Part shown: in pieces, positions 36,809 to 44,891 of the stretch | How the letters are laid out: each line of letters starts with the position of its first letter | How positions within the stretch are numbered: position 1 is the stretch's first letter | Assembly (NCBI GenBank): GCA_016782885.1 | Contig: JADHXQ010000003.1 | Coordinates: 18,316 to 82,315 of the forward strand | Direction: 5' to 3' | Length of the DNA: 64,000 nucleotides | From: Phycisphaerae bacterium | GTDB lineage: Bacteria; Planctomycetota; Phycisphaerae; SM23-33 | Position numbers and translations under genes: made by a program | Notes under the pieces: generated by a model | Databases searched by the model: none | What the model was told of the DNA's origin: nothing | The model's input: the letters and a program-made list of their open reading frames with translations, nothing else

Positions 36809-37840
36809 ATGAAGCGTATCGTATTATCTCTGATCGCCGCAATCACGCTGACCTCGACCATCACCAGTATCTCCATGGCGGCCCCCAAAAAGGCTCCCGC
36901 CGCCCCGCCGAAACCGCCGGTCCTGGACCCGTCCAAAGTGGACAAATACACCGGCGAATATGCCGGCGAGTTTGTGGTCGACGGGAAGAAAGGCGAAGGG
37001 CTCGCCCAGGTCATCGCCGAAGGCAAAGGGCAATACCGCGCCGTGCTGATGCGCGGTCTGTGGAAAACCGCCAAGGACGCCAGGCAGGTTCGCATCGAAC
37101 TGACCGGAAAAGTCGACGCCGACGGGAACGTTCCGCTGGAAGGCAAGGGGTGGAAAGGCACGCTGATCGGGCGTAAAACTCTTGTCGCCAAAGCGGACAA
37201 AGGCTCGTTCGATGGCAAGTGGACCGTCCGCAAGAGCCCCACGCTCGCCGCCAAACCGCCCAAGGGCGCCATCGTCCTCCTGCCGTTTGAGCCCGCCAAA
37301 GAGCCCAATATGGACGAATGGGCCAACAAGAAATGGATCCCCCTGACCAACGGCGCGATGCGGGTCGGGCGAGGATCGAACTTCACCAACCGAAAGTTCG
37401 GATCGGTCACACTGCACATCGAGTTCCGCTGCCCCTACGAACCGACCAGGCGCGGACAGGGACGCGGAAACAGCGGCGTGTATCTCCAGAAACGCTACGA
37501 AGTGCAGGTGCTCGAATCGTTCGGGCTGGCGAGCAAGTCAAACGATTGCGGTTCAATCTACAAAGTGGCGAACACCAAAATCAACGCCTGCCTGCCCCCG
37601 CTGCAGTGGCAGACGTACGACATAGAATTCAGCAACGCGGTGATCGGACCCGACGGGAAAGCCAAGACCCCTCCGATGATGTCCGTCAAGCACAATGGTA
37701 TCGAGACGCACAAAGACCAGGTGCTGCCCGGAAAGACAACCGCAGCGGCCGCCAGCGGACTGACCGTCAAGGACTCGCTGATGCTGCAGGACCACGGTAA
37801 CAAGGTCGAGTATCGGAACATCTGGATCGTGGAAAAATGA
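36809..37840 (+). CDS. secreted DUF1080 (3-keto-disaccharide hydrolase-like) domain protein
   Basis: Signal peptide. The C-terminal half matches DUF1080 (RKFGSVTLHIEFR...NSGVYLQKRYEVQVLES...WQTYDIEF...PMMSVKHNGIETH...LMLQDHGNKVEYRNIWI). Confidence 0.75.
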   Translation: MKRIVLSLIAAITLTSTITSISMAAPKKAPAAPPKPPVLDPSKVDKYTGEYAGEFVVDGKKGEGLAQVIAEGKGQYRAVLMRGLWKTAKDARQVRIELTGKVDADGNVPLEGKGWKGTLIGRKTLVAKADKGSFDGKWTVRKSPTLAAKPPKGAIVLLPFEPAKEPNMDEWANKKWIPLTNGAMRVGRGSNFTNRKFGSVTLHIEFRCPYEPTRRGQGRGNSGVYLQKRYEVQVLESFGLASKSNDCGSIYKVANTKINACLPPLQWQTYDIEFSNAVIGPDGKAKTPPMMSVKHNGIETHKDQVLPGKTTAAAASGLTVKDSLMLQDHGNKVEYRNIWIVEK

Positions 37841-37892
37841 CGCATCCGGTGAAAACCGGCAAATAGAATACCGCCGCACGAGGAGAACTATC

Positions 37893-39389
37893 ATGATTCG
37901 CAGAATACGCCTGTCCGTGATGTTCCTTATTCTCACTGCCGCTTCGATGAATGTCTGTCTCAGCGCCGATAAGACCGCGGATGGATGGCCCGGATGGCGA
38001 GGGGCTAATCGTGACGGCAAATCAAGCGACTCCGGGCTGCTGAAAAGCTGGCCCGAAGACGGGCCCGGGCGGCTCTGGTCGCTGTCGGGCATAGGCACCG
38101 GTTACTCCAGCGTGTCGGCAGGCGGCGGGATGATCTATACCGCCGGGCACAAGGGCGGGCAGTTGTATCTGACGGCGGTCGGTATGGACGGTAAGGTCAA
38201 GTGGAGCAAGGGTGTAACGTCCGCCACCGGTAAGGGGCCCAAAGGGGCTCGCGCCACACCCACCTACGATGGCGGTAATTTGTACATGGAGTCGGGCGAC
38301 GGCGTCGTCGGGTGCTACGACGCAAAGACCGGCAGGCAGAAATGGACGCATGAATTCAAGGAGTTCGGCGGGCGCACGCCGGGATGGGCGTTCTCCGAAT
38401 CGGTGCTGATCGTCGGTAATCTGGCGATAGTCAGCCCCGGTGGCACGAACTTCATGGTCGCGTTCAACAAAACCACCGGCGCGGTGGTTTGGAAGTCGGG
38501 GCAGTACGGTTCGGCGCACTATTGTTCGCCGATCTACGTGGTCTACCTCGACGTCCCGATGATCATCAACGGAGGCCGCAACGGACTGATCGGCGTCAGC
38601 GCAAAGACCGGAAAGATTCTCTGGACGCAGGATTTCGCCACGGGCAACACCGCCAACTGCCCCACACCGGCGTTCTCGGACGGATATGTGTTCTGGTCGG
38701 TCGGTTACGGTAAGGGTGCAATCTGCGTGAAACTGTCGGTCTCGGGTACTCGCGTGTCAGCCGCCACCGCATGGAAAACCCGCGACATGGTCTGTCACCA
38801 CGGCGGATACGTTATCCTTGACGGATATATTTACGGTAATCACAGCGGAGGATGGACCTGCCTGGACCTCAAGACCGGACGCAAGCAATGGTACGAGCGA
38901 GGTGTGGGCAAAGGTTCGCTATGCTACGCCGACGGTATGCTGTATACATTCGGTGAAAAGGGCGGAAAAGCCGGTCTGGCCGCGGTATCGCCAAAGGGCT
39001 TCGAGCTTACGGGCACGGTCTCAGTCAGAGGAAGCGGACCAAGCTGGGCTCATCCGGTGGTCACCGGCGGAAGGCTCTACCTGCGATACGACGACAACCT
39101 CTACTGCTTCGATGTAAAGGACCCGGCGAAATTTGTCGCAAAACTCCCCGTCGCCATCAAAACGCTGACAACGAAAGACCCAATTGTCAGAACCAAACCC
39201 AAGCCCCCAGCCGCCACCGACGCCAATACAAAAGCTGCAAGGCAACTCAAACTGGCCGAAGCATATCTCATCGCCGGTCTGAAAGCCAAAGCCGCAGACA
39301 TACTGAAGAAACTCGTCGCCGATTTCCCGAACACCAAAGCCGCCAAGGCGGCAACAAAGAAACTCCAGGAACTCACCGGCGGAAAATAA
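37893..39389 (+). CDS. PQQ-like repeat beta-propeller protein (BamB-family-like), secreted
   Basis: Signal peptide followed by a WPGWRGANRDGKS motif, then repeated propeller-blade motifs. Confidence 0.65.
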   Translation: MIRRIRLSVMFLILTAASMNVCLSADKTADGWPGWRGANRDGKSSDSGLLKSWPEDGPGRLWSLSGIGTGYSSVSAGGGMIYTAGHKGGQLYLTAVGMDGKVKWSKGVTSATGKGPKGARATPTYDGGNLYMESGDGVVGCYDAKTGRQKWTHEFKEFGGRTPGWAFSESVLIVGNLAIVSPGGTNFMVAFNKTTGAVVWKSGQYGSAHYCSPIYVVYLDVPMIINGGRNGLIGVSAKTGKILWTQDFATGNTANCPTPAFSDGYVFWSVGYGKGAICVKLSVSGTRVSAATAWKTRDMVCHHGGYVILDGYIYGNHSGGWTCLDLKTGRKQWYERGVGKGSLCYADGMLYTFGEKGGKAGLAAVSPKGFELTGTVSVRGSGPSWAHPVVTGGRLYLRYDDNLYCFDVKDPAKFVAKLPVAIKTLTTKDPIVRTKPKPPAATDANTKAARQLKLAEAYLIAGLKAKAADILKKLVADFPNTKAAKAATKKLQELTGGK

Positions 39390-39576
39390 GCTTTGACTGC
39401 CGAAGCAACACACGCGATCGGTAGAACAGTGTGGAGAAAACCGAACAGTTCAGGCGTCTGCCCGCAAAACACCGGCCAGACCGGACCGCTCGGATGTCGA
39501 GGCGTTTTGGAACTATGCGGCCGGAACAATAACGCCTTGCTGAACGCAAACGAATCGGCCGCGGGAGCGTAACACC

Positions 39577-40236
39577 ATGAAGACCATGAAGATCCTCGTA
39601 CTTGCGGCAGTTCTGACGGGGCTGGCCGGTGGAGCACTGGCCGCTAAGGACGGCAACAAAGGGCGACGCAGGGGAAGGAAACCCCAAGAGAGTCTCCTGG
39701 AGGAGCTTGTCCGCGAATGCAAACTCACCGACAAGCAGCAAACCGCCGTTAAGGAGAAGATCAAGGCCCGCGACGCCGCACTGGCGGCCTGGGATAAAAC
39801 CAACGCCGAGAAAGTCCAAGCCGCCGAAACCGCCGCCAAAGACGCCCGCGGCAAGCAGGACGCCGATGCAAAGAAAACTACCGGCGCCCAACTCCGAGAG
39901 TTGAAGAACGCGCGCAATGAGGCGGGCGCCCAAACAACCGCCGCTGTCATGGCGGTGCTGACGCCCAAGCAGAAGACCGACTGGGATACCTACCAACTCT
40001 ACAAGTCCACCATCGCCCGCTACCGCAAAGCCGAACTGACCGAAGAGCAACTGGCCAGGGTCAAGCTCGCCTGCGCCGCGGCCGCAAAAGAGATCGGCGA
40101 ACTCGACGACAGCGACTCCAAATACAAGAAGGTCGCAGGCCAGATCAACAAGCAGCTCCGGTGGGCCATCGACGTGCTCGTACTGACACCCCCGCAGCGC
40201 GAAGCTCTCGCCAGGAAACCAGCGCCAAAGAAGTAA
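39577..40236 (+). CDS. periplasmic LTXXQ-motif (Spy/CpxP-like) protein
   Basis: Signal peptide. Repeated LT(D/P/E)xQ motifs (LTDKQQ, LTPKQK, LTEEQL, LTPPQREAL). Lys/Ala-rich helical composition. Confidence 0.55.
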   Translation: MKTMKILVLAAVLTGLAGGALAAKDGNKGRRRGRKPQESLLEELVRECKLTDKQQTAVKEKIKARDAALAAWDKTNAEKVQAAETAAKDARGKQDADAKKTTGAQLRELKNARNEAGAQTTAAVMAVLTPKQKTDWDTYQLYKSTIARYRKAELTEEQLARVKLACAAAAKEIGELDDSDSKYKKVAGQINKQLRWAIDVLVLTPPQREALARKPAPKK

Positions 40237-40240
40237 GGAG

Positions 40241-40398
40241 ATAGCTATCAGCTTTTAGCTATCAGCTAACGGCAACAGCAACAGCGACGACTAACCGCGA
40301 ACGGCAACAGTTTTTGGTCATTGGTTGTTAGTCGTTGGTCGTTGGCTGATAGCTGATAGCTAAAAGCTGATAGCTGATAGCTAAAAGCTGATAGCTGC
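40241..40398. repeat. large imperfect palindrome (long hairpin) between convergent genes; probable bidirectional terminator or palindromic repeat element
   Basis: The left arm gatagctatcagcttttagctatcagctaacggcaacagcaacagcgacgactaac pairs with the right arm gttagtcgttggtcgttggctgatagctgatagctaaaagctgatagct. The right arm carries a tandem duplication of gctgatagctaaaa. Confidence 0.6.
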
Positions 40399-40402
40399 CG
40401 TC

Positions 40403-41407
40403 TCACGGCCGCCATGCTTTGGGATGCAAACGCGGGCTGATTTCCAGTGGTGTGGCGGTCTTTACCGATCCGTCAGACAGCAGGTAGTTGACCTTGTCGA
40501 AGTGCCGGGCGCTCTGCAGCAGCAGTCCCTCTGACTCCAGCGGAATGTCGACGTCGACCATCGACTCCTGGTAGTCCACCAGCACTATGCAACCGCCGCC
40601 CGTTGAATATTGGAACGCGTAGGTGTTGATTCCGTAATTGGTCAACCTCTCGCCCCAGTTTGCCAGGGTGAACGACTGTCCGCGAGCGTCCTGCATCCTT
40701 CCGTTTCCGGTAAGAGAGGGCTCACCGTTATACCATATCTGGTTCATGTTGGGGCACGTGTTGATACGATCGGGCCAACCGGGACCATGATTGGGTCCCC
40801 ATGCAGGCACGCACCCGACCGTGTCTTCTCTCAGATCCTTGAAGATATATATCCGACCCGAATCGTAAATGCGTCCACTGCCGTCAGAGTCAACCCAGCC
40901 ATTGAAGTTCATCAGCGCGTACTGCCCGTTGCTGTTCGTATCGTCCTGCATCATGTACTCGGTGTAAGGCCCTTGCGAGTTGCGCCCACGCCTGGATTTG
41001 TAGCAGTTGCCATCTCCTATCGTGTCCAGCGGGTAATGCCCGTTCGGGCTGACGTATTCGACAGTCACCAACGACCCTGATACGGAAGACTGCTTGACCT
41101 CATCCTCGGGACATTGGAACAACTCAAGCTCCGTCACAACGTTGTTGGGAACGCTCGGCCACATCAGGCCCGTTGGATATAAACCGGCCGAATCCTTAGC
41201 CCCGGTGGAAAGGACACCCTCGCCGGATGTCGCGGTATCGCTGGCCAGAACGAAGCCTTGCCAGAGGCGATTGAGATTATTGCGACACTGCGTGGCGCGG
41301 TATATGGACATCACGGGGGTGAACGAGGGAATCAGCAGTACCGCCAGGAGTGCGATCAGCACGACCACCACAAGCAATTCGATCAATGTAAATGCGCCGC
41401 GTCTCAT
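40403..41407 (-). CDS. DUF1559 protein with a prepilin-type N-terminal cleavage/methylation motif
   Basis: N-terminus MRRGAFTLIELLVVVVLIALLAVLLIPSF. C-terminal HFDKVNYLLSDGSVKT, the H-x9-DG motif. Confidence 0.8.
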   Translation of the reverse strand: MRRGAFTLIELLVVVVLIALLAVLLIPSFTPVMSIYRATQCRNNLNRLWQGFVLASDTATSGEGVLSTGAKDSAGLYPTGLMWPSVPNNVVTELELFQCPEDEVKQSSVSGSLVTVEYVSPNGHYPLDTIGDGNCYKSRRGRNSQGPYTEYMMQDDTNSNGQYALMNFNGWVDSDGSGRIYDSGRIYIFKDLREDTVGCVPAWGPNHGPGWPDRINTCPNMNQIWYNGEPSLTGNGRMQDARGQSFTLANWGERLTNYGINTYAFQYSTGGGCIVLVDYQESMVDVDIPLESEGLLLQSARHFDKVNYLLSDGSVKTATPLEISPRLHPKAWRP

Positions 41408-41427
41408 GAGTAATTCCTCGAACGACT

Positions 41428-42156
41428 CTACCGCATGCCTCTCCGCTCAGGGTGCCAGTCTTTGCCCAGGATATCCTGCGGACGCATGACCAACTTCGCA
41501 CCCGCGGCGGCGTAAGCATCTCGCACTCGCCAACTCTGCTTCCACCGTTGGATCAGGTCGCGCCAACCGGGACCGTCCTTGGGATCGCGGTCCCTGGATA
41601 TCCTGACCCCAAACTTCCGCAGCAGGCCTTTCATCGCGATCAGCTTGGTCTCCCTGCTGGCGCCGTGCTCCGCCCGGTCCAGAAGCGCAACGATCGCTTT
41701 GGGATCGTCGCATCTGACCAGCCCGCGAAGAGCGGCCTGGCGAACCTTCTCCTCGGGCTCTTTCTTGACTATTTCGATCAGATCGGCGGTCGCGGTATTG
41801 TCGGCGTACAGGCCCATAACGTCAACCGCAATCGCCCGGACACCGGCGTTGGCGTCTTTAGTGCTCTTGCGGACAACTTCGCGGTGCTCAGGTTTCAGAA
41901 AGTGCGACAGACCCGCCAGCGCCTCGCGCCGAACTTTCGGCGACGGATCGGAAGCGGCCCGTGACAACATCTCGCCCGCACCCGGGGAACGATTGACCGC
42001 AATCTCACGAATCGCGTCGATACGCTGTGAAGGATCCCCGCTGGATACGTCGGGCGAACCGGCGGGAAGATACCTGACGGCGATCAGCGCGATAAGAACC
42101 ACCGCCACCACAACTGCCGCTACAGCCTTTCCGGAAATCCCATACATTGTCACCAC
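41428..42156 (-). CDS. HEAT (PBS-lyase-type) repeat protein with an N-terminal TM anchor
   Basis: Repeats such as PKVRREALAGLSHF, AGVRAIAVDVMG and EKVRQAALRGLVRCDDP. N-terminal hydrophobic helix. Confidence 0.6.
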   Translation of the reverse strand: MVTMYGISGKAVAAVVVAVVLIALIAVRYLPAGSPDVSSGDPSQRIDAIREIAVNRSPGAGEMLSRAASDPSPKVRREALAGLSHFLKPEHREVVRKSTKDANAGVRAIAVDVMGLYADNTATADLIEIVKKEPEEKVRQAALRGLVRCDDPKAIVALLDRAEHGASRETKLIAMKGLLRKFGVRISRDRDPKDGPGWRDLIQRWKQSWRVRDAYAAAGAKLVMRPQDILGKDWHPERRGMR

Positions 42157-42290
42157 AACTCACAATGAAAACTGTACAGCAGGACACCCCCGTAAACCCT
42201 GCCGCCATACTCACATTTCATTTTAGACTTATCCTGCAGCCGGTTCAATCAGAAAACGCCTTTCTCTATATCGGGAATCCGGGACCAGTA

Positions 42291-43400
42291 TTAAAGGAAA
42301 TAGTTCAACAGCGTATCGGAACCGACGCGTGTTTCGGTCGCGTCTGGCAGCGAGAAGCGTCCGGCCAGTTTGGCGATATCTAAGGCGGGCAGCGCCTGGG
42401 AAGCTGCCTGGCGGCCCGCGGTTTGCGGCGAGACGAATACGAGCAGCTCATCGGCCAGACCGGATTCAATGAAGTTCGACAACACTCTGGCGCCGCCTTC
42501 GACCAGGAGGTTCGTGTATTGTCGGCGGCCTAGTTCGTCCAGGAGCGCCGCGATATCCACTCCGGCGTCGCAAGCGGGCAGTTCGAGCAGTTCTGCGCCG
42601 GCAGCCGACAAGGCGCCGGCGGCTCGCATCTCGGCACCGGTGATAGTAGCAACGATAACGGGCGTCTCGGCGGCGGTTGCGATCAGTTGGGAATCGGCGG
42701 GCAATCGCAGGTGCGAGTCGAGCACGATACGCGTCAAAGGCCCGCGGTCCCTTGGCCTGCCGCTTCGGTCGGTCAACAGCGGATCGTCCGCCAGCACCGT
42801 CGAAATACCCACAAGGACCCCGTCGCACCACGAACGTATCTCATGCACGCGCCGGCGCGATTCGGGGCAACTGACCCACCGCCCGCAACCGGGCGCCAGC
42901 GCGAGGTATCCGTCGGAAGTTTGCGCCCACTTGCAGATGACCCACGGGCGCTTGGTCTTGCGGAGTTTGCAGTAGGCCCGCAGCAGATGCTCGGCCTGTC
43001 GCCCGCGGACGCCCACGTCGACCTGCACGCCGGCGCGGCGGAGCGTCTCGATTCCGCCCCCTGACACTTGCTCATCGGGATCGACCATGGCGAGAACCAC
43101 GCGGGCGATCCCGGCGGCGATAATCGCGTCGGTGCATGGCGGGGTCTTGCCCTGGTGGCTGCACGGCTCGAGCGTCACGTACATCGTGGCGCCGGTGATA
43201 TCGACACCGTTCCGCCGCGCCGCGGCGATGGCGTTGACCTCGGCGTGCGGACCCCCGAACCGCTCGTGGTATCCGCGCCCCAGTTCGAGGTCCCCGCGAG
43301 CGATCACCGCGCCGACCATCGGGTTGGGCTCGACCGCCCCGCGCCCTGAGGCGGCGATTTCCAGGGCGATATTCATAAAGTGCGCGTCAAAATCTGCCAT
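42291..43400 (-). CDS. ribD: bifunctional riboflavin biosynthesis protein RibD (pyrimidine deaminase/reductase)
   Basis: CMP/dCMP-deaminase zinc motif HAE...PCSHQGKTPPC, followed by a reductase domain. Confidence 0.85.
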   Translation of the reverse strand: MADFDAHFMNIALEIAASGRGAVEPNPMVGAVIARGDLELGRGYHERFGGPHAEVNAIAAARRNGVDITGATMYVTLEPCSHQGKTPPCTDAIIAAGIARVVLAMVDPDEQVSGGGIETLRRAGVQVDVGVRGRQAEHLLRAYCKLRKTKRPWVICKWAQTSDGYLALAPGCGRWVSCPESRRRVHEIRSWCDGVLVGISTVLADDPLLTDRSGRPRDRGPLTRIVLDSHLRLPADSQLIATAAETPVIVATITGAEMRAAGALSAAGAELLELPACDAGVDIAALLDELGRRQYTNLLVEGGARVLSNFIESGLADELLVFVSPQTAGRQAASQALPALDIAKLAGRFSLPDATETRVGSDTLLNYFL

Positions 43401-43459
43401 GGGAGCATTATATAGATATCAGTGCAAATGGCGAGGGCGTGCGGTAGGATGAAAGCGAT

Positions 43460-44734
43460 ATGCTACGCAGATTCTGCCTCTACGGATTCGTCAAGAATCA
43501 GAAATACTTCGAGCCGTTCCTGTATCTGGCGCTGCTCGACAAGCTCTCGTTCGCCGGCGTGGGAATGCTGATCGGATTTCGCGAACTGTGCGTAGTAGTG
43601 ATGGAGGTCCCCAGCGGAGCGGTCGCCGACGTGCTCGGGCGGCGGCGGGCAATGATCGTCAGCCACGCCTGCTATATCGCCGCGTTCGTGACGTTCGCCC
43701 TGGCCGCCGAAGCGTGGTGGTTGTTCGCCGCGATGTTCCTCTTCAGCATCGGGGAGGCGTTTCGCACTGGCACGCACAAGGCGATGATCTTCGCGTGGTT
43801 GGCCCGTGAGGGTCGCAGCGACGAGAAGACCAGCATATACGGACAGACGCGCAGTTGGAGCCAACTCGGTTCGGCGCTGAGCATTGCTATCGGCGCGACC
43901 CTGGTGTTCGCCACGCAGCGATACGATATCGTCTTCCTGCTGAGCACCGTGCCCTATGCGATCAACATCGCCAACTTTCTGAGTTATCCCGACGACCTCG
44001 ACGCCGCGCGGAGCGGCGGCGTCAAACCGGGGCAGATGCTGCAAACAATGGTCCGGGCGGTGCGCCAGGCGCTGGGTAATCGTCCGCTGAGGCGGGCGCT
44101 GGCAGAGGCGATGACCTTCAACGGCCTGCATAAATCATCGAAGGACTGGCTTGGCCCGCTGCTGCATGTTGTCGCATTGCAGATCCCGCTCTTTGCTTTC
44201 CTGACCGACCGGCGGCGCGAGGCGATTCTCATTGGAGGCGTTTACATAGTGCTGCATATCCTCAGCAGTTACGCCTCGCGGCACGCTAATCTGATTGTGC
44301 GGCAGGCCGGATCGACGCGGCGCGGGAGCAGACTGCTTTGGTGGATTAACCTTGCGGTATTCCTGCTGCTCGGCGCCGGGGTTCTCGCGGGGTTCGGGGC
44401 GGTCGCCGTCGTCGCATTCGTCGCGCTGGCTGTGCTTCAGAATTTCTGGCGTCCGATCATCGTCGGGCGCGTCGCCGAATACGCGGACGAATCACAGACC
44501 GCGACGATACTCAGTATCGAATCGCAGACCAAAACGCTGTTCACCGCAGTGGCCGCTCCGCTGCTGGGGTGGACTATCGGAATGATGAGCCGGGAATTGC
44601 GGTTCCTGCCCCTGGCGATTCTCGGTGTCATAATCACAGGCATAATGCTGGCTACAGATAAGAACGATGAACGATCGCCCCCACCCGGACAAAAAAGGGA
44701 AACCGCTCGGAAAACCCCGCCTCCAACGACCTGA
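43460..44734 (+). CDS. MFS transporter
   Basis: About 12 predicted hydrophobic helices. MFS-like motif in loop 2-3 (GAVADVLGRRRAM). Confidence 0.65.
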   Translation: MLRRFCLYGFVKNQKYFEPFLYLALLDKLSFAGVGMLIGFRELCVVVMEVPSGAVADVLGRRRAMIVSHACYIAAFVTFALAAEAWWLFAAMFLFSIGEAFRTGTHKAMIFAWLAREGRSDEKTSIYGQTRSWSQLGSALSIAIGATLVFATQRYDIVFLLSTVPYAINIANFLSYPDDLDAARSGGVKPGQMLQTMVRAVRQALGNRPLRRALAEAMTFNGLHKSSKDWLGPLLHVVALQIPLFAFLTDRRREAILIGGVYIVLHILSSYASRHANLIVRQAGSTRRGSRLLWWINLAVFLLLGAGVLAGFGAVAVVAFVALAVLQNFWRPIIVGRVAEYADESQTATILSIESQTKTLFTAVAAPLLGWTIGMMSRELRFLPLAILGVIITGIMLATDKNDERSPPPGQKRETARKTPPPTT

Positions 44735-44755
44735 GTAAACACCAGACACGTCAAC

Positions 44756-44828
44756 CACGCCCGACAGGATTCGAACCTGTAACCCTCGGTTCCGAAGACC
44801 GATGCGCTATCCATTGCGCCACGGGCGC
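44756..44828 (-). tRNA. tRNA-Arg (anticodon UCG)
   Basis: The reverse complement folds as a cloverleaf. The acceptor stem is GCGCCCG paired with CGGGCGU. The D-arm is GCGCAATGGATAGCGC. The anticodon stem-loop is TCGGT-CTTCGGA-ACCGA. The T-arm is ACAGGTTCGAATCCTGT. The discriminator is G. CCA is not encoded. Confidence 0.85.
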
Positions 44829-44891
44829 GTGGGCAACATTATCACGACGAGTCATCCTACCGTCACCGGACCGTTTTGCAAGCGTTTTGCG

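Noticed and set aside
40241-40398. A possible CRISPR array or tandem repeat.
   Set aside because: The repeats are inverted rather than direct, and there are no unique spacers. The structure is a palindrome.
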